Below are positions 30,080-38,567 of a stretch of 64,000 bases of DNA, one piece after another. The notes below the pieces were generated by a model. The model was not told where the DNA came from, made no database searches, and was given only the letters and a program-made list of their open reading frames with translations. Both the position numbers and the translations under genes were made by a program. The first letter of the stretch is position 1, and each line of letters starts with the position of its first letter. The stretch is from Acidobacteriota bacterium (GTDB taxonomy: Bacteria; Acidobacteriota; Thermoanaerobaculia; Multivoradales; UBA5704), in the NCBI GenBank assembly GCA_040005235.1, contig JBDTZG010000021.1:25668-89667 (forward strand), written 5' to 3'.

Positions 30080-31195
30080 TCAGAAGATGACCTGCAATCG
30101 GGCCAGCGCCTTGTCCTGGTCCGGCTCGCGATTGGCCTGGACGCGCAGGTAGTCGACCATCAGCTTGAGGTCATGTCCCTTGAAGTACCAATTGACCCCC
30201 GCGGTGTCGGTCGTCGTGGTGTCGCCGGAATGGTCGGTGCGGGGATCGAACGTCTCGGATTTGAGCACCACCTGGAGTCGGTCCGGAACGACGAAGTATC
30301 CCGCCTGAGCGTACCAACCGGTCGATTCGACCACCGCGCCCGGCCGGCGGGAAGTAGGTTCCCACCGGCTACTCAGGTACTCTCCCCAGAGCTCGAACCG
30401 GCCGGCCGAAAATTGGCTGTCGAGGCCCCAGCCGCGGCGGTCGCCGGAGAAGATGGCGTCCCGGTCGGGGGTGGCGGGCGTGGAATCGAAACCGAATTCC
30501 GACCCTTGCGGCACGTTCGTGTCGGTCGACCGGTAACCGTTCGCGCCGACCGTCCAAGCGGCCGAGGTCCCCCACAGCTTGCCGCGCCAAGGAACGCCGG
30601 AGCCGCGAGCGGAGACCAGAAATCGGTCGTCATCATTGAAGTTGTTGTTCGTGCCGTTGCCGTTGAAGGCGCCCACCGCGTAACTGACTCGCTTGTCCAG
30701 CAGATCGCCGCCCACCTGAACGCCGATCTGGCGGCCTAGGGTGAGCCGGTCGTTCACCAGGCTGCGCTCCAGAGTCAGCAGCTTGGGATCGCCGTAGAGT
30801 TGCTCGAAGCCGAACGGCGTCTTGAATTGGCCGAATCTTACGTTCGCTTCCGGGTGGCGATTCCAGGTGATGAAGGCATCGGTCGCCTGCGCGCGCAGCG
30901 CCGAGGTGTTGGTCAAGCTGCCGGCGAGATCAATCTCCAATCGGAAGTCGAACTCCTCCAGAAACTTACCCGTCGCGTTCAAACGTGCCCGCCGCAGGTA
31001 GAAGCGGTCGTTGTCGTTGGTGAAGCGCGAGTCGCCGCGATCGCCGAAATCGGCCTGGGCCTGAATCAGCCCGCCGATCGCGAGCGTCGGCTCCCGCCCG
31101 CCCGGCTTGACCACCGCGTTCGGGCTTGGTTGGGCGAAGGACGGAGTCATACCTGTCAGCACCGCAAGGGTGAAGCCGAGAAGGGGCAGCCGCAC
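30080..31195 (-). CDS. OprO/OprP-like anion-selective porin
   Basis: Signal peptide, LRRARL, GQFKTPFG, ERSL, terminal Phe; GTG start with SD AAGGAGG. Confidence 0.8.
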   Translation of the reverse strand: MRLPLLGFTLAVLTGMTPSFAQPSPNAVVKPGGREPTLAIGGLIQAQADFGDRGDSRFTNDNDRFYLRRARLNATGKFLEEFDFRLEIDLAGSLTNTSALRAQATDAFITWNRHPEANVRFGQFKTPFGFEQLYGDPKLLTLERSLVNDRLTLGRQIGVQVGGDLLDKRVSYAVGAFNGNGTNNNFNDDDRFLVSARGSGVPWRGKLWGTSAAWTVGANGYRSTDTNVPQGSEFGFDSTPATPDRDAIFSGDRRGWGLDSQFSAGRFELWGEYLSSRWEPTSRRPGAVVESTGWYAQAGYFVVPDRLQVVLKSETFDPRTDHSGDTTTTDTAGVNWYFKGHDLKLMVDYLRVQANREPDQDKALARLQVIF

Positions 31196-31226
31196 TCGAA
31201 CCTCCTTGATCGAAAAGAGCAGGCGG

Positions 31227-31263
31227 ACCCTAGCAACCCCGATATATCCCGTCAAGTAGTTCG
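31227..31263 (-). promoter_or_regulatory. Sigma70-like promoter overlapped by an imperfect ModE-like box
   Basis: TTGACG-N17-TAGGGT on the minus strand; CGATATAT...TAGTTCG at 31240-31263. Confidence 0.55.
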
Positions 31264-31277
31264 GGGGCTGCTCCGGA

Positions 31278-31640
31278 CTACTCCGCGAGCAGTTCGACCA
31301 ACTCGCGCCAAGCCGGCTCCGCCGCCTGCCGGCAGGCGGCATCCATCTCTTGGTAGAGCGCGAGCACCCGCCGGCCGGTTTCGGTGAGCTGGACCCGGCC
31401 GTGCTCCGCCCCGCCCCGCGAGGCGACCGCGAGCGGAGCGCGAAAGCTCGCGTTCATGGTCTGGAGCAGCTTCCAGGCGCGCATGTACGACATGCCGAGC
31501 TGGCGCGCCGCCTCGGCGAGCGTGCCGGCCTCCGCGACCGCGGCGAGGAGCTCGGCCTTGCCTGGGCCGAATGCGATCTCGGCACCCTTCATCACCCGGA
31601 GGCGGGGATGAAGGCTCGCCGTGTCAGCTTGCTTCGACAT
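31278..31640 (-). CDS. modE: Short ModE-family regulator (HTH only)
   Basis: FGPGKAELLAAV, LGMSYMRAW, RGG; no Mo-binding TOBE domains. Confidence 0.88.
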   Translation of the reverse strand: MSKQADTASLHPRLRVMKGAEIAFGPGKAELLAAVAEAGTLAEAARQLGMSYMRAWKLLQTMNASFRAPLAVASRGGAEHGRVQLTETGRRVLALYQEMDAACRQAAEPAWRELVELLAE

Positions 31641-31736
31641 TGGGGTTTCTCTTGCGGCCATTATCCTACGCCGCCCCCGGCCAGAAAAAAGTGGCTCTCA
31701 CTGCTCATCCGGATCACTTTCCGCTGCCTGCCAGTC

Positions 31737-32519
31737 TCACCCCCGCAACCGAGACCGCCCGGTGGGCGCCAGCCGAAAAACCTCCGGCGACCGCTTTACC
31801 CACCGTCCCAACCCACTCTCAACCTCCACCTGCCACCGTTCCGACCGGCCCAGTGCCGCAACGCACTCCGCATACTCTGCCGCACCTCGATACATCGCAA
31901 ACCAGACGAACACCTGCTCGCCCTCCCGAACCGGCAATTGCGGATAAGTGTTCGGGCTCCCCTCGGTCACGAATGACGCCAGAGCTTGAACGCCGCATTC
32001 AGCCGCCACCGGCGTCGCGGTGTTCTCGAAGAAATCGATCAGCTCCGGGCCGGCCGGTGCTTCCAAGGGGTAGATCGTCGCCACCAGCAGGCCCTCGGCC
32101 GACTCGAAGGAGTCGATCGAAAGTCGCTCGCGCACTTCGGTGGGGAATCCAGATCCCGGCGGTGCGGGGTGGAGAAGCAGCACGTCGTCGGAGTCGATCA
32201 TCGTGGCGTTCGCGGCTTCGCGATGGGTTTTCCATGCCGGTCCGGAGTAGAAGGCGGTGAGCGCCTCAAGCCGGGACTCCATGTCCGAGAAGCCACGAAG
32301 CCAGACGAAGTAGTCCGGTCGGTCGAGATCTCGGAACTGACCGATGACCCGAATGCCAAGGGCTTCCTGAGGCTCGATGAATTCTCGATCGAAGAGGTCG
32401 ATCAAAACGTCGCGTTGGCCCGGGTGGAGGGTGTATTGGCGAAGCTCAACGATGGGGCAGCAGGAGGATGTCGGGTCCGTGGCGGGGGACTCCGAGGGTT
32501 CGGTCGGGGGTGGGGTCAT
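31737..32519 (-). CDS. NIPSNAP-family protein (two domains)
   Basis: IVELRQYTLHPG, FVWLRGF, RLAPTGRS. Confidence 0.85.
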   Translation of the reverse strand: MTPPPTEPSESPATDPTSSCCPIVELRQYTLHPGQRDVLIDLFDREFIEPQEALGIRVIGQFRDLDRPDYFVWLRGFSDMESRLEALTAFYSGPAWKTHREAANATMIDSDDVLLLHPAPPGSGFPTEVRERLSIDSFESAEGLLVATIYPLEAPAGPELIDFFENTATPVAAECGVQALASFVTEGSPNTYPQLPVREGEQVFVWFAMYRGAAEYAECVAALGRSERWQVEVESGLGRWVKRSPEVFRLAPTGRSRLRG

Positions 32520-32687
32520 GTTCAGTTCTCCGTAGGGGAAGCGCCGAGGGGATGGAGGACTGTAGCGGGCGATTAGGTCGAAAGCGGTCCTAAAGAGGGT
32601 CGGGGTCAATAGGGGATGACCGAGCTTGACGCCGCCGTTCGCACCGGCCACGATAGTCGGGATGCCACTCAACCAAGGAGGCTCCCC

Positions 32688-33455
32688 ATGGAGACACGTC
32701 TTCGGAAACCGGGCGAATTCTGTTGGATCAACATGTTGACGCCGGAGCCGGAGGTGGCGCGGGAGTTCTTCGCCAGGCTGCTGCGTTGGGAGTATGCCGA
32801 AATGCCGGGGATGGGCCATGTGGTGAAGGTCGGAGGACGGCCGATTGGCGGACTGTTCGATTTGGCATCGCCGCAAACCCCTCCGGGGACTCCGCCGCTG
32901 ATCGGCGTGATGGTGAAGGTCGAAAGCGCCGAGGCGACCTGCGAGAAGGCCGTGGGGCTCGGCGGCACGGCGAAGCCGGGGTTCGACATCGCCGAGCAGG
33001 GGCGGATGGCGGAGTGCTTCGATCCGAACGGCGCGGAATTCGACCTATGGGAGCCGAAAAAGGGCCAAGGCACGGATGTCGACGTCACCCTGCACGGTGC
33101 GCCGAGCTGGTTTGAGACCATCACGTCCGATCCGGCCCGCGCCAAGAGGTTCTACTGCGATCTGTTCGGGTGGACCGCCGAAGACAACGTGAGGCCGGAG
33201 CTCACCTATACGAGCTTCCAGCTCGACGGCGAATACGTCGGGGGGATGATGCCGTTCCTGCCGAAGATGGGGGGCGTCCATCCCCATTGGGGGGTGTATT
33301 TCACCGTTGAGGACGTCGACGAGACCGCGCGTTTGGCTGGCGAGTTGGGTGCGAAGGTGTTCATTCCGGCGCAGGACATCCCCAGAGTCGGCCGGTTCTG
33401 CGGCATCTATTCGCCGCAGGGCGTGATGTTCTACGCCATTCGATACAACGCCTGA
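32688..33455 (+). CDS. VOC/glyoxalase-family protein (two domains)
   Basis: GEFCW...FFARLLRW...DPNGAEF pattern repeated twice; SD AAGGAGG. Confidence 0.88.
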   Translation: METRLRKPGEFCWINMLTPEPEVAREFFARLLRWEYAEMPGMGHVVKVGGRPIGGLFDLASPQTPPGTPPLIGVMVKVESAEATCEKAVGLGGTAKPGFDIAEQGRMAECFDPNGAEFDLWEPKKGQGTDVDVTLHGAPSWFETITSDPARAKRFYCDLFGWTAEDNVRPELTYTSFQLDGEYVGGMMPFLPKMGGVHPHWGVYFTVEDVDETARLAGELGAKVFIPAQDIPRVGRFCGIYSPQGVMFYAIRYNA

Positions 33456-33591
33456 GGCGTTCCAGACGGCCGTTTAGAACGGAGACGCGCATTCAGTTCT
33501 CCAGCGCACTATAGGTGGCAGAGGCCACCTTGCACGCCGGGACTCCGCTCGGTGTTCTTTGGAGGCCCTCTTCCAACGATCAGGAGATGAA

Positions 33592-33759
33592 ATGAAGAAG
33601 AAAAACCAGAAAATCATGCTCCACAAAGAGACGCTACGCGCCCTCGATATGCGGGCTCTGGATCCCGCGGCGGCTGGCGTCTAGACCCTTCGCTGTCAGT
33701 ACAGCGGCTACGGTACCTGTGGCACCTGTGCTGAGACCTGCACCACGAATTACTGCTAG
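33592..33759 (+). other. RiPP (lanthipeptide-like) precursor ORF with in-frame TAG at codon 31; pseudogene or recoded
   Basis: SD AGGAG; MKKKNQKIMLHKETLRALDMRALDPAAAGV*TLRCQYSGYGTCGTCAETCTTNYC*; absent from the ORF track. Confidence 0.75.
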
Positions 33760-33771
33760 ACATTGACTCGT

Positions 33772-33797
33772 GACCGGCCCACTGCGGCGGGCCGGTC
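33772..33797. terminator. Hairpin between convergent genes
   Basis: 9-bp perfect stem GACCGGCCC/GGGCCGGTC. Confidence 0.55.
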
Positions 33798-33809
33798 GTC
33801 CTTCTCGCC

Positions 33810-34970
33810 CTAGAACGACTTCTGGCCGAAGTTCATCGCCAGCGCCGCGAGGTCGAGGCCGTCGACGATGTCGTTGCCGTCGAAGTCCGCGGCTCGGAGG
33901 AATCGCGTCTCGCCGCGGCGGGCGCCAAAGGAGAGTGCGAGCGAGATCAGATCCAAACCGTCGACACGGCCATCCTGGTTCAAGTCGCCGGTGAGGAACT
34001 TGGTGCCGGCGATGATGAAACGGGTGACTTCGCGATCGACGGTGTTGGCCGGGCTCGCGAGATCGCGGGAGCGGAAAGCGACTGTGACCACGCCGGTGAA
34101 AGGATTCGTCGGACGGTAACTGATCTCCGCCCGCTGGGCGTCGCCGGAGACGAGTGCGCCCACCTCTTGGCCGTTCACCACCAGGCGGGTCGAGGCGAGG
34201 TCGATCCCCTTGCCGAAGTCGAGCAGCGCAAGGCGGACCGTCACGTCGGCCGGGACGTCCCGGGATTGATCGGCGGGCGCGATCGAACCGACGACCGGCG
34301 GGACCTTGTCGGTGGCGGTCAGCTGGTCTGCCCAAACCTCCGCCATCTTGTCGTAGCCCGCAGCATTCGGATGGAGCTTGTCCAGGCCGCCGCCGTAGAG
34401 CGTGGTGAAGGCGTTCGGGGTTTGCCAGAAGAAGACTTCGAATTGATCGGCGAGCGAGCGCTTCTCGCTCCAGGCGAGGTTACGCAGCGAAGCGGCGAGT
34501 TGGGCGGCCACCTTGTTGTCGGCGTCCCGATTCGCGCTCGGCAGGCGTGGAATGACCGAGGCGTGCACGACTTTGAGCCCGAAGGCCTCGGCCTTGGTGG
34601 CGATGCGCTGCAAATTGAACGTGATGGTTTCAATCGACACCTGGGCGTTGATGTCGTTCGTCCCTTCCATCAGCAGCAGCTTGTCGGCCGGGTTGTTGCG
34701 CAGCACCTGGTCGATGCGGGTGACCCCCTCCGTGGTCGCCTCGTTGCTCAATCCGGCGTTGATCACCTTTGCGTCGGTCTGGCCGCGCGCGATCAGCAGG
34801 TCGTCCAGCCGGCCGGGATAGCCCAGCTCGGACAGCGGGCGGGTCGAGGCGTCGCCCACCCCGAAAGTGATGCTGTCGCCGAACGCGATGTAGCGGTTCT
34901 GCGCCTGCGCCGCGGCCGGAAGCAGCAGCGCGGTGGCGATCAGGCCGAGAGAGAGCCCGCGGGCGCGCAT
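33810..34970 (-). CDS. Secreted SGNH/GDSL hydrolase with Ig-like and dockerin-like domains
   Basis: FGDSIT, GTND, DKLHP; C-terminal GDLNQDGRVDGLD...DFDGNDIVDGLD. Confidence 0.88.
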   Translation of the reverse strand: MRARGLSLGLIATALLLPAAAQAQNRYIAFGDSITFGVGDASTRPLSELGYPGRLDDLLIARGQTDAKVINAGLSNEATTEGVTRIDQVLRNNPADKLLLMEGTNDINAQVSIETITFNLQRIATKAEAFGLKVVHASVIPRLPSANRDADNKVAAQLAASLRNLAWSEKRSLADQFEVFFWQTPNAFTTLYGGGLDKLHPNAAGYDKMAEVWADQLTATDKVPPVVGSIAPADQSRDVPADVTVRLALLDFGKGIDLASTRLVVNGQEVGALVSGDAQRAEISYRPTNPFTGVVTVAFRSRDLASPANTVDREVTRFIIAGTKFLTGDLNQDGRVDGLDLISLALSFGARRGETRFLRAADFDGNDIVDGLDLAALAMNFGQKSF

Positions 34971-36004
34971 CACGGCTCCTGCCTCCAGCGCGCGGAGAGC
35001 TCTGACGGCACGCTTTTTCCTTCGGAGAGCCAACGAAACGTGAGAGCGCCCGACGCGGTGGGCATCAGTCGCGGTCGGTCCGCGCGATCGGCGGCGGGGG
35101 AGTCGGCGGTCAAGATCGCCGCGCGGCGGAGCGGTTTGCCCGTGGCATCCGTGTCGATCGCCTCCCAACCGCGCGGCGCGGCGGTGCGGAAGAGAAGTCG
35201 AATGCCGTCGGCGGTCTTATCCAGCGTTGGGAAGACGGATCCCTTCGGTCCCACCGTGCGCGGCGCGGACCAGCGGTTGGCTTGCTCGGTGGATAGCACG
35301 GCGGTCATCACCCGGTAGTCGTTGCCGTCGAAGCTCGCCCAGGAGAGCAGCGCCCCGGAGTCGGTCGAAACGAGCGCGGGCGTGATGTCGGGCACCCTGT
35401 TGCCGGGGGCCACGGGATGCGGAGGAGTCCAGGCGCCGCCCGGCCGGCCGCGGCTCCAGAGGATCTCGTCGTCCTCGCCGTCGAAGGCGCTCCAGGCAAG
35501 GACGTAGGAGCCATCGGCGAGGCGCGCCGCAGCGAGCGCGAGCTGGCTGCCCGAACCGGGAGGCGAAATCGTCCGCGATGCCGACCATCGGCCGTTTTGG
35601 AACCGCGCGGCTTTGACCGCTAGCGACCGTTCGTCCGTCCCTTCAAGCCAGGCGAGCCCGGCGAACCGTGCACCGGCGAGGAGGGCGATCGCGTGCTCCT
35701 GAACCGGGGCCGAGGCGGGAGGACCAGAGAGGAAGCGACGGGGACCGGCGGTGCCCTGGCCGAGAAGGACGAACAGCTCCCGCAGGTCGCCGTGCGGGCG
35801 CGTGCCGAGCGCGATCCAGGAGGCATCGGTTCCCGCGACCGATTCGAGCGCCGCGCCGGCCGGAAGCCGCGGATCGACGATTACGCCGGAATCGAGTGCC
35901 AGCCGCTGACCGTCGCGGCCGGCAACCAACGTCGGCGCGGCGTACGCGGTCGCGGCACTGGCCGCGAGGAGGCAGAAAATCCGGAGCGATTTGGCCTGGA
36001 GCAT
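34970..36004 (-). CDS. Secreted hypothetical protein (beta-rich repeats)
   Basis: Signal peptide; repeated W..FDG.D motif; TGATG coupling to the SGNH gene. Confidence 0.7.
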   Translation of the reverse strand: MLQAKSLRIFCLLAASAATAYAAPTLVAGRDGQRLALDSGVIVDPRLPAGAALESVAGTDASWIALGTRPHGDLRELFVLLGQGTAGPRRFLSGPPASAPVQEHAIALLAGARFAGLAWLEGTDERSLAVKAARFQNGRWSASRTISPPGSGSQLALAAARLADGSYVLAWSAFDGEDDEILWSRGRPGGAWTPPHPVAPGNRVPDITPALVSTDSGALLSWASFDGNDYRVMTAVLSTEQANRWSAPRTVGPKGSVFPTLDKTADGIRLLFRTAAPRGWEAIDTDATGKPLRRAAILTADSPAADRADRPRLMPTASGALTFRWLSEGKSVPSELSARWRQEP

Positions 36005-36086
36005 GGAAGCGCGATCCTATGAGGCGCTAGAGTTCCCGTCAACGCGTTCGGCCCCCGGGGAAAGGGCTATGGTAACTTTCGCCGCC

Positions 36087-36365
36087 ATGAGCGATTTGAC
36101 CCTGGAGACGCCGACCGCCAAGGCGTCCATTTCGGAGCTGCGCCCGGCCCTCGAGGCGGCGCTCAAAGCCCAGTTTCCCGGCGGGATGCTCAAGTGGAGC
36201 TGGGACGGCGATGTCTGCAACCTCACTGGCCCCGGGGCGAAGGGGACGATCGTGCTCGAAGAGGGCAAACTGGTCGGCCGTGCCCACCTGGGGCCTCCCG
36301 CGAGCATGATGCGCGGCGTGATCGAGCAGAAGATCACCGCGGCGATGAAAAAGGCCGGCGGGTAA
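36087..36365 (+). CDS. Small protein similar to the polyhydroxyalkanoate-system (PHA_gran_rgn) family
   Basis: WSWDGD...GAKGTI...MMRGVIEQKI pattern. Confidence 0.6.
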   Translation: MSDLTLETPTAKASISELRPALEAALKAQFPGGMLKWSWDGDVCNLTGPGAKGTIVLEEGKLVGRAHLGPPASMMRGVIEQKITAAMKKAGG

Positions 36366-36380
36366 GCCCGTCCCCCCCCG

Positions 36381-37223
36381 ATGCTCCCGCCATCCGGGCC
36401 GCTCGGAGCGCTCGCGCACCGGGCGGTCGAAACGCCGGAGCGGCCCTTTCTCTTCTTCGTTCGCGGGCTCGATTGGCGTTGGCTCTCCTATAAGGAAGCG
36501 GTCGAGCGGATCGGCGGCGTCGCCGCGCGCTTCGATCGCCTTCCCGCGGGGGCGCGCAACGCTTTTCCTTCGACCGCCGGGCTTTCGTCCCTTCTTCTCG
36601 ACCTCGCGATCCGCTCGACGGATCGAATCGCAGTGCCGATCGGCCCGCTCTATGCCGAAGCCGAGCGCGACCCGGAGCTGGCGCGGCTCGGGGCCGAGGC
36701 CTTCGCCTCCCTGCCCGGATTTGCGCCGAGCCGGACGCTGCCGACCGTCGAGATTCCCGATCCGTTCATTCTCTCCGGCGCGTGGCCCGGAGGAGAGGGG
36801 GGCGTTTTGATCGAAGTGGCCGGAGTCCCCCGGATCGTCCTCCCGGACGAGATCGCCGCGGCAAGCGAGCGCTTCAATTCGAAGCGGCCCGCTCGCGAGA
36901 TCGTCCTGGTCGGCCCTCCATCGCGGATTTTGATCGAGCGGGCGTTCGCGGATGTGGCGTTTCGTACCGGCGCCGCCTGTCTGTTCGAACCCGACCCGTC
37001 GGCCCGCGCGGCGAGCGCCGCCTGGGGCCGGGTGACGATGCACGCGGGAAGCGCCTCGGAGCTGGCGGAGCTTCTTGGCCGGGCGAAGCGCGCGCAGCGG
37101 GTGCCGCTCTCCCGGGCGCGGTTGCCGTTCGGCCGGCTGCACACCGTTTTTTGCACCGACGGGCAAGGGCTCGCCTCGGCCGCGGCCGAGGCGTGGCGCG
37201 CGTTAGGGGTAGCGGTCGGATGA
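36381..37223 (+). CDS. Degenerate AMP-binding-like protein (N-terminal adenylation-fold fragment)
   Basis: PERPFLFF...WRWLSYKE resembles acyl-CoA ligase N-terminus; no TSGTTG loop; ATGA coupling to queG. Confidence 0.5.
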   Translation: MLPPSGPLGALAHRAVETPERPFLFFVRGLDWRWLSYKEAVERIGGVAARFDRLPAGARNAFPSTAGLSSLLLDLAIRSTDRIAVPIGPLYAEAERDPELARLGAEAFASLPGFAPSRTLPTVEIPDPFILSGAWPGGEGGVLIEVAGVPRIVLPDEIAAASERFNSKRPAREIVLVGPPSRILIERAFADVAFRTGAACLFEPDPSARAASAAWGRVTMHAGSASELAELLGRAKRAQRVPLSRARLPFGRLHTVFCTDGQGLASAAAEAWRALGVAVG

Positions 37224-38146
37224 CGCCGCGCGAGATCGCCGAACGGTTGAAGGCCTGGGCGCTCGAAGCCGGCTTCGACCGCGCAGGGGTGGCGAGCCTC
37301 GAACCGCTGGAGCATGGACCGGCGTTGGTCCGTTGGCTCGAACGGGGCGAGCAGGCGGGGATGGCCTGGATGGCCAACAAGCTGGAGGCGCGGCTCGATC
37401 CCTCGCAGTTCTTTCCTGGGGCGAAAAGCGCGCTCTGCGTCGCGCTCCACTATTGGCCGCTCGCCGGTCAAGACGATCCGGAAGGGGACCTCTGGCCGCG
37501 CGTGGCCCGCTACGCCCGCGGGGTGGACTACCACGACCTGATGGCGCGGTGGATGAAGCCGCTGTGCGACCGGATCGAGGCGGAGCTCCCGGGCTCGAAG
37601 GCCCGCTACACGATGGACACCGGGCCGGTCTTGGAACGCGAGTTGGCGGCCCGCGCGGGTCTTGGAGCGGTGGGGAAGAACACTCTGCTGCTCCACCCGG
37701 AGGCCGGTTCTTGGTTTCTGCTCGGCGAGATCTTCACCACGCTCGATCTGGCCCCCGACCAGCCGCTCGCGGATCTCTGCGGCAGCTGCACCCGCTGCCT
37801 CGAAGCCTGCCCCACGGGCGCTCTGGTCGAGCCCTACCGGTTGGACGCGAACCGCTGCATCAGCTACTGGACGATCGAGCACCGCGGGGAGTTTCCGCCG
37901 GGGGTGCCTGAGTCCCTCGACGGCTGGGTGTTCGGCTGCGACGCCTGCCAGGACGCCTGCCCGTGGAACGCGGCGCCGCCGCCGGCCGACCATCCGGAGT
38001 TTCAACTACCGTCCGAGCGCGCCGCGCTCGATCTCGCCGGGCTGCTCGGGCTCGATCGGGAAACGTACGTCGCCCGCTTTCGCGGCAGTCCGCTCAAAAG
38101 GGCGAAACTGGAAGGTTTACAGCGAAACGCGCGAGCGATTTCTTGA
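37220..38146 (+). CDS. queG: Epoxyqueuosine reductase QueG
   Basis: YARGVDYH, DTGPVLER, CGSCTRCLEACP, CISYWTIE, FGCDACQDACPWN. Confidence 0.96.
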   Translation: MTPREIAERLKAWALEAGFDRAGVASLEPLEHGPALVRWLERGEQAGMAWMANKLEARLDPSQFFPGAKSALCVALHYWPLAGQDDPEGDLWPRVARYARGVDYHDLMARWMKPLCDRIEAELPGSKARYTMDTGPVLERELAARAGLGAVGKNTLLLHPEAGSWFLLGEIFTTLDLAPDQPLADLCGSCTRCLEACPTGALVEPYRLDANRCISYWTIEHRGEFPPGVPESLDGWVFGCDACQDACPWNAAPPPADHPEFQLPSERAALDLAGLLGLDRETYVARFRGSPLKRAKLEGLQRNARAIS

Positions 38147-38150
38147 GGCC

Positions 38151-38555
38151 CTACGCGAACCGCGAACCGATCACCGGCAGCTCGCGGCGGTGCAGCCAGG
38201 TGATGATTGCGCCGCCGACGAAGCAGGTGATCGCGAGACCGAACAACAAGCCGCCGTCTCCTTGGACTTCGATGCCGAGCTTCGTCAGGTGGGAGAAAAT
38301 CGCTCCGGCGAGGACGCCCATCGTGATCACCCCGCCGTACACGGCGAGACCCGGAATGAGCAGGCAGGCCGCCGCGATCAGCTCCGCGATGCCGGAACCG
38401 ATGCGGCCGGCCGGTTCGAGCCCCAGCTTCGTGAAGATGTAGACCGACTCCGGCGCGGCGGTGAATTTGAAGTAGAGCGTCTGGATCAGGATCGCTGCCA
38501 CCACGATCTGCAAAAGCCAGCTCACGCGGTTCTGGGTCTTGGTCAAAGAGGTCAT
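38151..38555 (-). CDS. DoxX-family membrane protein
   Basis: QTLYFKF, GAIFSHL; four TMs. Confidence 0.85.
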   Translation of the reverse strand: MTSLTKTQNRVSWLLQIVVAAILIQTLYFKFTAAPESVYIFTKLGLEPAGRIGSGIAELIAAACLLIPGLAVYGGVITMGVLAGAIFSHLTKLGIEVQGDGGLLFGLAITCFVGGAIITWLHRRELPVIGSRFA

Positions 38556-38567
38556 GGAAAAGTCCTT

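Noticed and set aside
33682-33684. Genome-wide TAG reassignment
   Set aside because: bamA, lpxA, thiC, fkbH, mgtE, pgi and glk end at TAG at their expected C-termini.
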